A stretch of DNA of 52,979 nucleotides from an uncultured Burkholderiales Genera incertae sedis bacterium (GTDB lineage: Bacteria > Pseudomonadota > Gammaproteobacteria > Burkholderiales > Eutrophovitaceae). The notes under the pieces were generated by a model, which did not search any database, was not told where the DNA came from, and saw only the letters and a list, made by a program, of their open reading frames with translations. Below, piece by piece: positions 43,761-52,979 of the stretch (its first letter is position 1; the number at the start of each line of letters is the position of its first letter). The stretch spans positions 1-52,979 of the forward strand of contig CAJQIK010000091.1 of the NCBI GenBank assembly GCA_905478365.1, written 5' to 3'. A program made the translations under genes and the position numbers.

Positions 43761-45758
43761 ATGTCAAAAAATATAAAGTATGCAGATGCCATTCGCGCGC
43801 TGGCAATGGATGCAGTACAAAAAGCAAACTCAGGTCACCCTGGAATGCCTATGGGCATGGCAGACATTGCCACGGTTCTGTGGCAAAAACATTTAAGACA
43901 TAACCCCGCCAATCCGAATTGGGTGAATCGCGATCGATTTGTGATATCTAATGGCCATGGTTCAATGCTTTTGTATTCCCTGCTGCACTTGTCGGGATAC
44001 GACCTGAGTATCGAGGAACTTAAAAACTTCAGACAGCTACATTCAAAAACTCCTGGTCATCCTGAGTATGGTGTTACACCAGGAGTAGAGACTACGACGG
44101 GCCCGCTTGGCCAAGGGGTAGCTAATGCGGTGGGTATGGCGATCGCGGAAAAAGTTTTAGCTAGCGATTTTAACCGCCCTAATCATGAGGTTATTAATCA
44201 TTTCACCTACGTTTTCCTTGGGGATGGTTGCCTGATGGAAGGAGTATCTCATGAGGTATGTTCCTTAGCGGGGACTCTGGGTTTGAATAAACTCGTACTT
44301 TTTTATGATGATAATGGCATTTCAATTGACTCAGAAAAAGGTGAAATGAGCAGCTGGTTCTCTGACGACACGCCAAAGAGGTTTGAGGCTTACGGATGGA
44401 ACGTAATACGAGATATCGACGGTCATGACCCAGAACAAATAGATACCGCGATTATTCAGGCCAAGGCTAGCAGTAATAAGCCCACGATCATTTGTTGCAA
44501 GACGATCATCGGAAAGGGGTCACCAAAAAAACAAAACACCGGTTCTTCTCATGGAGCTCCGTTAGGGGAAGACGAAGTGATTGCTACTAGGGAGGCGTTG
44601 GGTTGGCCTCATGCACCTTTTGAAATTCCGGATGAGGTCTATTCTGTTTGGAATGCTCAAGCCAAAGGGCAAGCTCTGGAGAATGAGTGGGCGGAGCTTC
44701 AGAACAGCTATCAGAATAAATACCCAGGCTTGAATAAAGAGCTGCACAGACGCTTATCTGGAAAGTTACCCAGTGATTGGATAGAAAAACTCGATAGCGA
44801 GATTCAAATTTGGGACGCCAAGTCCGAGAAGTTGGCGACCCGAAAAGCATCACAAAATGCATTGGAGTTCATGGGACCAAATTTACCAGAATTGATCGGC
44901 GGGTCTGCGGATCTTGCGGCCTCTAATTTGACGATGTGGTCAGGATCAAATCCTATCGGTGCGGCACGTACTGGTAATTACTTGTTTTATGGTGTGCGAG
45001 AGTTTGGCATGGCTGCAATTATGAATGGACTTGCGTTGCATGGAGGGTTTATTCCCTATGGCGCGACATTCTTAGTTTTTTCAGATTATTGTCGAAATGC
45101 GTTACGAGTGGCTGCACTAATGAATTTGAGGTCGATTTTTGTGTTTACGCATGATTCAATCGGTTTAGGCGAGGACGGTCCCACGCACCAGCCGGTTGAG
45201 CATGCGGCGAGCTTACGGTTGATACCTAATTTAGACGTGTGGAGGCCTTGCGATGCGGTCGAGACTATGGTTGCTTGGGGCGCAATGATTAATCGGGTTG
45301 ATGGCCCAAGCTGTTTGCTTGCAACTCGCCAGGGAGTGCCTCACCAAGAGAAAACAAGTGGTCAAATTAAAGATATCTCCAAAGGAGCCTATGTCTTGAG
45401 TGATGCGGATGACCCGCAAGCGATAATTGTGGCAACAGGGTCTGAGGTATCGCTAGCAATCGATGCTCAGAGGGTACTGGAGGCCGAAGGGGTTTTGACT
45501 CGGGTTGTGTCCATGCCATCAACAGATGTATTCGATCGCCAGGATTCTGATTATCGTGAGGCCGTTTTACCCAATGGACTTCCTAAAGTTGCGGTAGAAG
45601 CTGGAGTTACAGATTTTTGGCGTAAGTATGTTGGAATTGAAGGAGCAGTGGTAGGTGTGGATACGTTTGGTGAGTCTGCTCCAGCGGCAGCTTTATATGA
45701 ACATTTTGGGGTTACCGTTCAGGCAGTTGTTAACGCCGTTCGGGCAATTAAAAATTAG
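43761..45758 (+). CDS. tkt: Transketolase
   Basis: [42 protein letters not shown]. Start set at ATG 43761. Confidence 0.98.
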   Translation: MSKNIKYADAIRALAMDAVQKANSGHPGMPMGMADIATVLWQKHLRHNPANPNWVNRDRFVISNGHGSMLLYSLLHLSGYDLSIEELKNFRQLHSKTPGHPEYGVTPGVETTTGPLGQGVANAVGMAIAEKVLASDFNRPNHEVINHFTYVFLGDGCLMEGVSHEVCSLAGTLGLNKLVLFYDDNGISIDSEKGEMSSWFSDDTPKRFEAYGWNVIRDIDGHDPEQIDTAIIQAKASSNKPTIICCKTIIGKGSPKKQNTGSSHGAPLGEDEVIATREALGWPHAPFEIPDEVYSVWNAQAKGQALENEWAELQNSYQNKYPGLNKELHRRLSGKLPSDWIEKLDSEIQIWDAKSEKLATRKASQNALEFMGPNLPELIGGSADLAASNLTMWSGSNPIGAARTGNYLFYGVREFGMAAIMNGLALHGGFIPYGATFLVFSDYCRNALRVAALMNLRSIFVFTHDSIGLGEDGPTHQPVEHAASLRLIPNLDVWRPCDAVETMVAWGAMINRVDGPSCLLATRQGVPHQEKTSGQIKDISKGAYVLSDADDPQAIIVATGSEVSLAIDAQRVLEAEGVLTRVVSMPSTDVFDRQDSDYREAVLPNGLPKVAVEAGVTDFWRKYVGIEGAVVGVDTFGESAPAAALYEHFGVTVQAVVNAVRAIKN

Positions 45759-45818
45759 TCGCTAACTTGAGGTTCGCGCTTTAAATTTACATATGATTAT
45801 TGATAGAAGGAGCTACGT

Positions 45819-46832
45819 ATGACGATTCGTGTCGCGATTAATGGTTATGGCCGCATTGGAAGAAATATTCTTAGAGCTCACTATGAGGAAGGGAAAAATC
45901 ACGATATCGAGATCGTTGCTATCAATGATCTTGGGGATGCGGCGACTAATGCTCACTTAACCCAATATGATACTGCTCATGGCCGATTTCCTGGTGATGT
46001 TTCTATTGAGGGCGAAAATCTTGTTGTGAATGGAGATAAAATTAAGGTTATTGCTGAGCGAAATCCTAGTGAATTACCCTGGTCCCAATTAAAAGTGGAC
46101 GTGGTTCTTGAGTGCACTGGATTTTTTGCATCGAAAGAAAAGGCTAGCGCTCATATTCAAGCTGGAGCAAAAAAAGTCGTTATATCTGCTCCCGGTGGTA
46201 AAGATGTTGATGCAACTATTGTTTATGGTGTTAATCATGAGTCGCTCACTGCAGAAGCTGAGGTGATATCGAATGCTTCATGCACTACTAATTGTTTGGC
46301 TCCGGTTGTGAAGGCGCTGAACGATTCTGTAGGGGTCGTTAATGGGTTAATGACTACGATACATGCATATACCAACGACCAGGTTTTAACGGACGTATAT
46401 CACGAAGATTTGCGACGGGCACGATCCGCAACAATGTCGATGATTCCGACAAAAACGGGAGCTGCAGCGGCCGTTGGTTTAGTGCTTCCGGAGCTAAACG
46501 GAAAGCTAGATGGTTTTGCAATGCGCGTTCCAACTATTAATGTATCGGTTGTTGACTTATCGTTTGTATCAAAACGAGCCACCTCGGTAGAAGAGATCAA
46601 TCAGACGATAAAAACCGCATCGCTAGGAAAGCTGAAGGGAATACTTGAGTACAGTGACGGTCCTCTAGTATCCGTAGATTTTAACCATAACCCAGCATCA
46701 TCAATTTTTGATGCCACTCTAACAAAGGTTTCAGAGGGCACATTGGTCAAGGTGTGCTCCTGGTACGATAATGAGTGGGGTTTCTCTAATCGCATGTTGG
46801 ATACAACTGTCGCCCTGATGACTGCGGCTTAG
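45819..46832 (+). CDS. gap: Glyceraldehyde-3-phosphate dehydrogenase type I
   Basis: [30 protein letters not shown]; AGAAGGAG RBS. Confidence 0.98.
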   Translation: MTIRVAINGYGRIGRNILRAHYEEGKNHDIEIVAINDLGDAATNAHLTQYDTAHGRFPGDVSIEGENLVVNGDKIKVIAERNPSELPWSQLKVDVVLECTGFFASKEKASAHIQAGAKKVVISAPGGKDVDATIVYGVNHESLTAEAEVISNASCTTNCLAPVVKALNDSVGVVNGLMTTIHAYTNDQVLTDVYHEDLRRARSATMSMIPTKTGAAAAVGLVLPELNGKLDGFAMRVPTINVSVVDLSFVSKRATSVEEINQTIKTASLGKLKGILEYSDGPLVSVDFNHNPASSIFDATLTKVSEGTLVKVCSWYDNEWGFSNRMLDTTVALMTAA

Positions 46833-46907
46833 GCCTAGTATGGCTGCCAGAAAAGGGCTCGGAAAGAAACGTGCCGCGGCGCTTGCTTGATAGTCGAGAA
46901 TAAAGAT

Positions 46908-48095
46908 ATGACGTTTAAAACATTGGATGACTTAACCCTTACCGGTAAGCGTGTTCTTATCCGCTCTGACCTAAATGTACCATTTAGCGATAATCATGAG
47001 ATATCAGATGACACGCGAATAGCGGCCTCCTTACCTGCTATTCGGCGAGCCATGGCTTCTGGCGCAGCTGTAATGATTATGTCGCACTTAGGGCGGCCTA
47101 AGGCGGGTATATTTCAAGAAGAATTTTCCTTAGCGCCTATCGCGAAACGTTTGTCGAAGCTGTTGGATACCGCTGTGCCACTCATAAAGGATTGGGTATC
47201 GGGCGTTGATGTTGCTCCAGGTCAGGTAGTGCTACTTGAAAATTGTCGAATGAATCTAGGTGAGACGGAGAACGATGACGCACTTTCAAAAAAAATGGCC
47301 CTATTGTGTGATGTTTTTGTCAACGATGCGTTTGGCGCGGCCCATAGAGCCCATGCATCAACGCATGGCGTCGCACAATACGCCAGCGAGTGCTGTGCGG
47401 GACCTTTGGTGGTCGAAGAGGTAAGGGCGCTAACTCAAGCATTGGCATCGCCTAAAAAACCTTTAGTGGCAGTAGTGGGCGGCGCGAAGGTGTCAACAAA
47501 GCTTACAATACTGTTGGAATTAGCAAAAAAAGTGGATCATTTAGTAGTCGGTGGTGGCATTGCAAATACTTTTTTGCTAGCAAAAGGTAAAAATATAGGC
47601 GGGTCTTTAGCTGAGAAGGATTTGATTCATGAGGCGAGTGCTGTTATTGATCGCATTGAGTCACGAGGGGGCAAAATCCCGTTGCCACATGATGTCGTTT
47701 GTGCCAAGGTCTTTGGCCCAGACGCTGAACCAACAAAAAAGCATATAGATGAACTTAATGATGACGATTTGATCCTTGATTTTGGGTCTGAGACTATGGG
47801 TCAGATAGCTCACATACTTGAGCATGCTGGGACAATAGTGTGGAACGGTCCTGTAGGTGTGTTCGAGTTTGATCAGTTCTCCAATGGAACTCGTACATTG
47901 TCAAATTCGATTGCTCAATCGGCAGGGTTTTCTATTGCGGGCGGAGGGGATACGATCGCTGCGGTTACTAAATTTGGGGTGACTGATAAAATTAACTATA
48001 TCTCTACTGCCGGTGGGGCTTTTTTGGAATTTTTAGAAGGAAAAGTATTGCCCGCTTTGGATATACTCGAAAAGCGAGCGATTAAGACTAAATAA
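46908..48095 (+). CDS. pgk: Phosphoglycerate kinase
   Basis: [38 protein letters not shown]. Start set at ATG 46908. Confidence 0.98.
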   Translation: MTFKTLDDLTLTGKRVLIRSDLNVPFSDNHEISDDTRIAASLPAIRRAMASGAAVMIMSHLGRPKAGIFQEEFSLAPIAKRLSKLLDTAVPLIKDWVSGVDVAPGQVVLLENCRMNLGETENDDALSKKMALLCDVFVNDAFGAAHRAHASTHGVAQYASECCAGPLVVEEVRALTQALASPKKPLVAVVGGAKVSTKLTILLELAKKVDHLVVGGGIANTFLLAKGKNIGGSLAEKDLIHEASAVIDRIESRGGKIPLPHDVVCAKVFGPDAEPTKKHIDELNDDDLILDFGSETMGQIAHILEHAGTIVWNGPVGVFEFDQFSNGTRTLSNSIAQSAGFSIAGGGDTIAAVTKFGVTDKINYISTAGGAFLEFLEGKVLPALDILEKRAIKTK

Positions 48096-48152
48096 AGTTT
48101 AGCGGCCTTAAAGGCTGATTGATTCTAATTTTGACACAGAGGATTTTAATAT

Positions 48153-49196
48153 ATGGCTTTAGTTTCCATGAGACAGTTGCTTGATCATGCGGCCGAGAAT
48201 AATTATGGAGTGCCGGCTTTTAACGTAAATAATCTTGAACAGGTGCAAGCAATTATGGAGGCTGCCTCCGAGACAGCGAGCCCAGTTATTATGCAAGCAT
48301 CTGCTGGCGCGCGAAAATATGCTGGCGAACCATTTCTTAGACATCTTATCTTGGCTGCCATCGAACAATACCCTGATATTCCTATCGTAATGCATCAAGA
48401 CCATGGCGCATCGCCAGCTGTTTGTCAGCGTTCTATACGATCAGGTTTTTCAAGCGTAATGATGGATGGCTCACTAGAAGAGGACGCAAAAACGCCAGCT
48501 TCATACGAATACAATGTAAACGTTACGAAACACGTAGTAGACATGGCCCATTCTGTCGGCGTTTCTGTGGAAGGTGAGCTTGGATGCTTAGGGTCCTTGG
48601 AGACCATGGAGGCGGGTAAAGAAGATGGATCTGGTGCAGAGGGAACATTGACGATGGATATGTTGTTAACAGACCCAGAACAAGCTGCTGACTTTGTGGC
48701 AAAGACGGGTGTTGACGCTTTAGCTATTGCTATCGGGACGTCCCATGGCGCATATAAATTCACACGAAAACCGACTGGAGATATTTTAGCGATCGACCGT
48801 ATTCGGGACATTCATAATAAAATTCCTAATACGCATCTCGTGATGCACGGTTCCTCAAGCGTCCCTCAAGAGTGGTTAAAAATAATCCGTGATCATGGCG
48901 GGGATATGAAGGAGACTTATGGGGTGCCTGTCGAGGAGATTCAGGAGGGAATTAAGCACGGTGTTCGAAAAATCAATATCGACACCGATATTCGTCTAGC
49001 TATGACTGGCGCTATCCGAAGAGCGTTTAATGCTGATAAGGGTGAGTTTGATCCAAGAAAGTACCTCAAGCCTGCCAAAGAGGCGGCGAAGTCGATTTGT
49101 AAAGATCGATTCGAGGCTTTTGGTACGGCAGGAAATGCTGGGAAAATAAAACCCATAGCCCTTGACGATATAGCAACTATTTATGAAAAGGCGTGA
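48153..49196 (+). CDS. fba: Fructose-bisphosphate aldolase class II (subtype B)
   Basis: [41 protein letters not shown]. Confidence 0.97.
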   Translation: MALVSMRQLLDHAAENNYGVPAFNVNNLEQVQAIMEAASETASPVIMQASAGARKYAGEPFLRHLILAAIEQYPDIPIVMHQDHGASPAVCQRSIRSGFSSVMMDGSLEEDAKTPASYEYNVNVTKHVVDMAHSVGVSVEGELGCLGSLETMEAGKEDGSGAEGTLTMDMLLTDPEQAADFVAKTGVDALAIAIGTSHGAYKFTRKPTGDILAIDRIRDIHNKIPNTHLVMHGSSSVPQEWLKIIRDHGGDMKETYGVPVEEIQEGIKHGVRKINIDTDIRLAMTGAIRRAFNADKGEFDPRKYLKPAKEAAKSICKDRFEAFGTAGNAGKIKPIALDDIATIYEKA

Positions 49197-49237
49197 CGTC
49201 AAAGATTTTTTAATAAGAAAAGATACATAGTGAATTG

Positions 49238-49756
49238 ATGAGCAAAACCCGTAAAAATAGCAAGCCGATTGTTGGAATCATTATGGGTAGTGAGAGCGAT
49301 TGGAATGTTATGAAACATTCATCCGATTGTTTAAATTCTTTCGGTATTTCCCATGAAACGCGCGTTGTTTCCGCGCATCGGACACCAGATGAGATGTTTC
49401 AGTATGCCGAGGAGGCGGAAGGTCGAGGCATTAAGATTATTATTGCTGGCGCCGGAGGATCTGCACATCTACCAGGAATGGTTGCGTCTAAAACAATGAT
49501 TCCGGTTCTGGGGGTTCCCGTGACCACCAAATCAATGAGCGGACTTGACTCTCTTCTTTCAATAGTGCAAATGCCAAAGGGAATCCCGGTCGCAACTTTT
49601 GCGGTTGGTGAAGCTGGAGCCACTAATGCAGCGCTCTTTGCTGCGGCATCTTTGGCGTTAGGTGATGAAGGATTGAGCCGAAAGCTCAGTGCGTTTCGTA
49701 AGCGGCAGCGCGCGAAGGTCAGAGCAATGAAATTGCCAGTAAAATCTTCTAAGTAA
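49238..49756 (+). CDS. purE: N5-carboxyaminoimidazole ribonucleotide mutase
   Basis: [34 protein letters not shown]. Confidence 0.98.
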   Translation: MSKTRKNSKPIVGIIMGSESDWNVMKHSSDCLNSFGISHETRVVSAHRTPDEMFQYAEEAEGRGIKIIIAGAGGSAHLPGMVASKTMIPVLGVPVTTKSMSGLDSLLSIVQMPKGIPVATFAVGEAGATNAALFAAASLALGDEGLSRKLSAFRKRQRAKVRAMKLPVKSSK

Positions 49757-50886
49757 TGATTCAACCAGGATCTTGGCTAGGAATTCTCGGTGGAGGACAG
49801 CTTGGGAGAATGTTTACGCAGGCGGCCCAAAGTATGGGCTATCGAGTAGCAGTGCTCGACCCTGATCCATCCAGCCCCGGTGGGCGGATTTCAGATAGAC
49901 ATTTGATAAATCAGTACGACGACGTGGCGGGGTTGGAAGAGCTGGCTAAAATCTCGTCTGCGGTGACTACTGAGTTTGAAAATGTTCCTGCGGATAGCCT
50001 TCGCTTCCTCAGTGATTTATTACCGGTCAGCCCCCAGGCTGAAGCGGTAGAAGTGGCACAGGATCGTATTCGTGAAAAAACATTTCTAAATAAGAACGAA
50101 TTTAGAGTGGCGCCTTATGCGGTTTTTAATGATGCAGATAGTATTAGTCATCCTACACAAGGCTTGGTCTTTCCGGGGCTCTTGAAAGTTAGTCGGTTCG
50201 GTTATGACGGGAAAGGTCAATTACTTGTTAATAATGTAGTTGAGCTCAAACGCGGTTTTGAGAAATTTGGCAGCGTACCTTGTGTATTCGAACAGTTTTT
50301 GCCGCTTGAGGCGGAGGTATCCGTAATCATTGCTCGAAATCAAAAGGGCGATACGGCTGTGTTCCCTGTTGCAGAGAACCAGCATCACAACGGGATACTA
50401 GACATAACGATTGCTCCAGCACGCGTTGCAAATAACATTGTTTCCGAGGCAAAACAAATGGCGCTATCACTTGCTGAGGTCCTTCAATACCAAGGCATAT
50501 TGTGTGTGGAATTTTTTGTTTTAAGTGATGGTTCACTAGTGATCAATGAAATAGCTCCCCGGCCGCACAACAGCGGACACTACACAATGGAGGCTTGCAG
50601 CGTTTCACAATTTGAGCAACAAGTTCGTGTGACTAGCGGATTACCATTGATCGAACCGAGGCAGCACCTTCCAGCCATCATGATTAATCTTCTAGGGGAC
50701 TTATGGGAAAACGGAGAGCCCGATTGGAATCGTATCTTAAAAGATGATCGCGTTCGGCTTCACCTGTATGGTAAGGATGAGGCACGCCCCGGTCGAAAAA
50801 TGGGACACTTAACTATTGTTGATTTTGATTTGGATCAAGCCATTACTTTATCTGAGGAAATCAAGACCTTATTGGAACAGAAGTGA
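49756..50886 (+). CDS. purK: N5-carboxyaminoimidazole ribonucleotide synthase
   Basis: GGGQLGRM, EFENV, GYDGKGQ, NEIAPRPHNSGH, RPGRKMGH. Confidence 0.98.
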   Translation: MIQPGSWLGILGGGQLGRMFTQAAQSMGYRVAVLDPDPSSPGGRISDRHLINQYDDVAGLEELAKISSAVTTEFENVPADSLRFLSDLLPVSPQAEAVEVAQDRIREKTFLNKNEFRVAPYAVFNDADSISHPTQGLVFPGLLKVSRFGYDGKGQLLVNNVVELKRGFEKFGSVPCVFEQFLPLEAEVSVIIARNQKGDTAVFPVAENQHHNGILDITIAPARVANNIVSEAKQMALSLAEVLQYQGILCVEFFVLSDGSLVINEIAPRPHNSGHYTMEACSVSQFEQQVRVTSGLPLIEPRQHLPAIMINLLGDLWENGEPDWNRILKDDRVRLHLYGKDEARPGRKMGHLTIVDFDLDQAITLSEEIKTLLEQK

Positions 50887-51776
50887 AGACGCGCGAATCG
50901 GACGTAATTTTCGAAACAAATATTACCTCTTTAGAATTTTTATATCGAGGTAAAGTGCGAGACATATACAAGATTGATGACGATCGTTTACTGGTGGTTC
51001 AAACAGATCGACTATCAGCGTTTGATGTCGTTTTGCCAAATCCAATTCCTGGTAAGGGGCGTTTACTTACAGAGCTCTCGGTATTTTGGTTTAAAAAACT
51101 ATCGCACGTTATTCCCAATCATTGGTTGGATGAGTTGCCACAAGATTTTGTAACGGATAGAGAGCGAGGCCAAATTAATGGGCGCGCCATGGTTGTACGT
51201 AGGCTAGAGCCTCTGCCAGTTGAAGCGATTGTTCGAGGATATTTGGCGGGTTCAGGATGGAGAGAATATCAAAATACAGGGAAAATATGCGGCATACCGC
51301 TACCTCCGAACCTGAGAGAGGCCCAACAATTGCCTCGCACTATTTTCACTCCGTCGACAAAGGCTGATATCGGAGATCATGATGAAAATATTTCGTTCGA
51401 GCTGGTCGAAGAAAAAATAGGTAAGGATTACGCCGACAAGATTCGAGATGCTTCATGTAAACTATATGAGGAGGCGTCTGCTTATGCCTTAGCGCGCGAA
51501 ATTATTATTGCCGATACTAAATTTGAGTTTGGCACTGATTCTAACGGCGCGCTTTATCTTATCGACGAGGCGTTGACCTCAGACTCTTCTAGATTTTGGC
51601 CGCAAAAACAATATTTCGTAGGTTCTAGTCCCCCATCTTTTGATAAACAATTCGTTCGTGACTGGCTTGAATCAATATCTTGGAATAAAAAACCGCCGGC
51701 GCCTGATGTCCCTGAAGCAATTGCGCAAAAAACCGCAGATAAGTATCGAGAAGCGTTAATTTTACTTACCCGATGA
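50883..51776 (+). CDS. purC: Phosphoribosylaminoimidazole-succinocarboxamide (SAICAR) synthase
   Basis: GKVRDIY, DRLSAFD, FTPSTKA, ADTKFEFG, DSSRFW, DKQFVRDWL. Confidence 0.98.
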   Translation: MKTRESDVIFETNITSLEFLYRGKVRDIYKIDDDRLLVVQTDRLSAFDVVLPNPIPGKGRLLTELSVFWFKKLSHVIPNHWLDELPQDFVTDRERGQINGRAMVVRRLEPLPVEAIVRGYLAGSGWREYQNTGKICGIPLPPNLREAQQLPRTIFTPSTKADIGDHDENISFELVEEKIGKDYADKIRDASCKLYEEASAYALAREIIIADTKFEFGTDSNGALYLIDEALTSDSSRFWPQKQYFVGSSPPSFDKQFVRDWLESISWNKKPPAPDVPEAIAQKTADKYREALILLTR

Positions 51777-51791
51777 ATCTTAGGGGGGATT

Positions 51792-52754
51792 TTGAGTAAG
51801 CGAATTACTACAGACATCTCGGAAGCTGCGCGATTATTAATCGACGGACAATTGGTCGCTTTTCCAACGGAAACCGTATATGGATTAGGCGCTGATGCAC
51901 TAAACTTATCTGCAGTTAAGCGTGTGTACGAGGCAAAATCTCGACCTTTTGGCCACCCTCTGATTATTCACGTTGGTAATAGTGAACTAATCGACGAATT
52001 TGCGACAGATATTCCTGACAGCGCGAGATCTCTGGTTGCACGTTTTTGGCCCGGCCCACTGACCCTAGTGTTAAACGCTTCGGATAAAGTGCCCACTATT
52101 GTGACCGGTGGTCAAGAAACGGTAGCCATTAGATTTCCTGCGCATCCCATGGCTATTGCTTTACTGAGAGAATTTGGAGGTGGGATCGTTGGTCCATCAG
52201 CAAATAAGTTCGGACAACTATCTCCAACTAAAGCAGCCGACGTAGATAGAGATTTTGGTCCAGAGGTTAGCCTTATCTTAGACGGAGCGACTTGTACCGT
52301 AGGAATAGAGTCGACCATCATAGGGTTTGATGGAGAGTTCCCGGTGTTGTTGCGACCTGGAATGATAACCAAGAACGCAATATCGATGGAAATATCGAAA
52401 GAAGTTCTAGACGCTGGCCCGATGTCACCAAGGGTTTCTGGATCTTTACCGAGCCATTACGCACCCATTACGAATTTAATTTTGCTTGAGGCTATTGATA
52501 TACCGAGGTATTTAAAAAGTAGTGCGGCATTACGCGATGTTGCCCTTCTTACGTTTGAGCCGATTTTAGAAGCACACCCCAGCATTAGCAAAATCATTAT
52601 CGCGCCGAAAGAGCCTAACGATTATGCTAAAAATTTGTATCAAAGGCTACGAGAGCTTGATCGCGTTGGTGCTAATTTAATAATTGTTGAGACTATTCCT
52701 TCGGCGGATTCCTGGGATGGAATTCGAGATCGGTTGGATAGGGCCGCCCATTAG
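51792..52754 (+). CDS. sua5: L-threonylcarbamoyladenylate synthase, Sua5 type (TsaC domain plus SUA5 C-terminal domain)
   Basis: AFPTETVYGLGA, K.RP..HPLI, PSAN, GIEST, SHYAP linker, LRELD, DRLDRAA. Confidence 0.95.
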   Translation: MSKRITTDISEAARLLIDGQLVAFPTETVYGLGADALNLSAVKRVYEAKSRPFGHPLIIHVGNSELIDEFATDIPDSARSLVARFWPGPLTLVLNASDKVPTIVTGGQETVAIRFPAHPMAIALLREFGGGIVGPSANKFGQLSPTKAADVDRDFGPEVSLILDGATCTVGIESTIIGFDGEFPVLLRPGMITKNAISMEISKEVLDAGPMSPRVSGSLPSHYAPITNLILLEAIDIPRYLKSSAALRDVALLTFEPILEAHPSISKIIIAPKEPNDYAKNLYQRLRELDRVGANLIIVETIPSADSWDGIRDRLDRAAH

Positions 52755-52889
52755 TTTTAGTTAGTATGAATTAGATGGTGGTTTTAGCGGGAATCACGAA
52801 TACAACCTGGGGAATGTTGGGAGGGGCTAGACATTTGCAGCAAGGTCGATCAGGCGGATGATTGCCTATCTATTGGGTTCTATTGGTGA

Positions 52890-52979
52890 TTAATGGATTT
52901 CGGGCTCGTCAATGGTTTCGTTACCGCTTAAAAAGTCGAAGTCGCACCCGTCATGAGCTTGTTGAACATGTTGCGAAAA
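52890..52979 (-). CDS. 3' end of an unidentified gene entering from the right edge
   Basis: Open minus-strand frame from the window edge: ...FSQHVQQAHDGCDFDFLSGNETIDEPEIH-stop. Too short to assign a family. Confidence 0.45.
   Translation of the reverse strand, partial: FSQHVQQAHDGCDFDFLSGNETIDEPEIH

Noticed and set aside
43761-49196. tkt-gap-pgk-fba as a Calvin-cycle (cbb) operon
   Set aside because: No RuBisCO, phosphoribulokinase or cbbR in the window; this aldolase subtype is the usual housekeeping enzyme in the group.

Overview
Chromosomal replication-origin region of a compact betaproteobacterium (inferred from gene order: no recF, zapA-6S-EVE-TauE, def-fmt-rsmB-DUF4390-NtrY/X-like pair, and very short intergenic spacers). 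From left to right: the 5' end of msbA; a cobalamin-riboswitch-controlled TonB-dependent receptor; zapB-like/zapA/6S RNA/EVE/TauE; an accessory minus-strand cluster (Liv-type ABC transporter, M20 amidohydrolase, malonyl-CoA synthetase MatB, PHD-like 2OG-Fe(II) oxygenase); the atpIBEFHAGDC operon; parB-parA-rsmG-mnmG with a perfect parS; mnmE-yidC-yidD-rnpA-rpmH; dnaA, a candidate oriC, dnaN and gyrB; topA-smg; def-fmt-rsmB-DUF4390 and a two-component system; tkt-gap-pgk-fba; purE-purK-purC-sua5; and the 3' end of an unidentified gene. I saw no CRISPR array, tRNA, rRNA, IS element, prophage or defence system. Most of the window is housekeeping. The best candidate for an undescribed system is the Liv-M20-MatB(-2OG oxygenase) cluster, which could salvage N-malonyl/N-acyl amino acids (inference only). 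Other notable signals are a Bacillus-like DnaA-trio unwinding element upstream of dnaN, a terminator-like hairpin in the dnaA leader, a perfect 15-bp tandem repeat encoding a lysine-rich TopA tail, and a probably leaderless zapB-like transcript. All family calls come from motif recognition by eye, not database searches.
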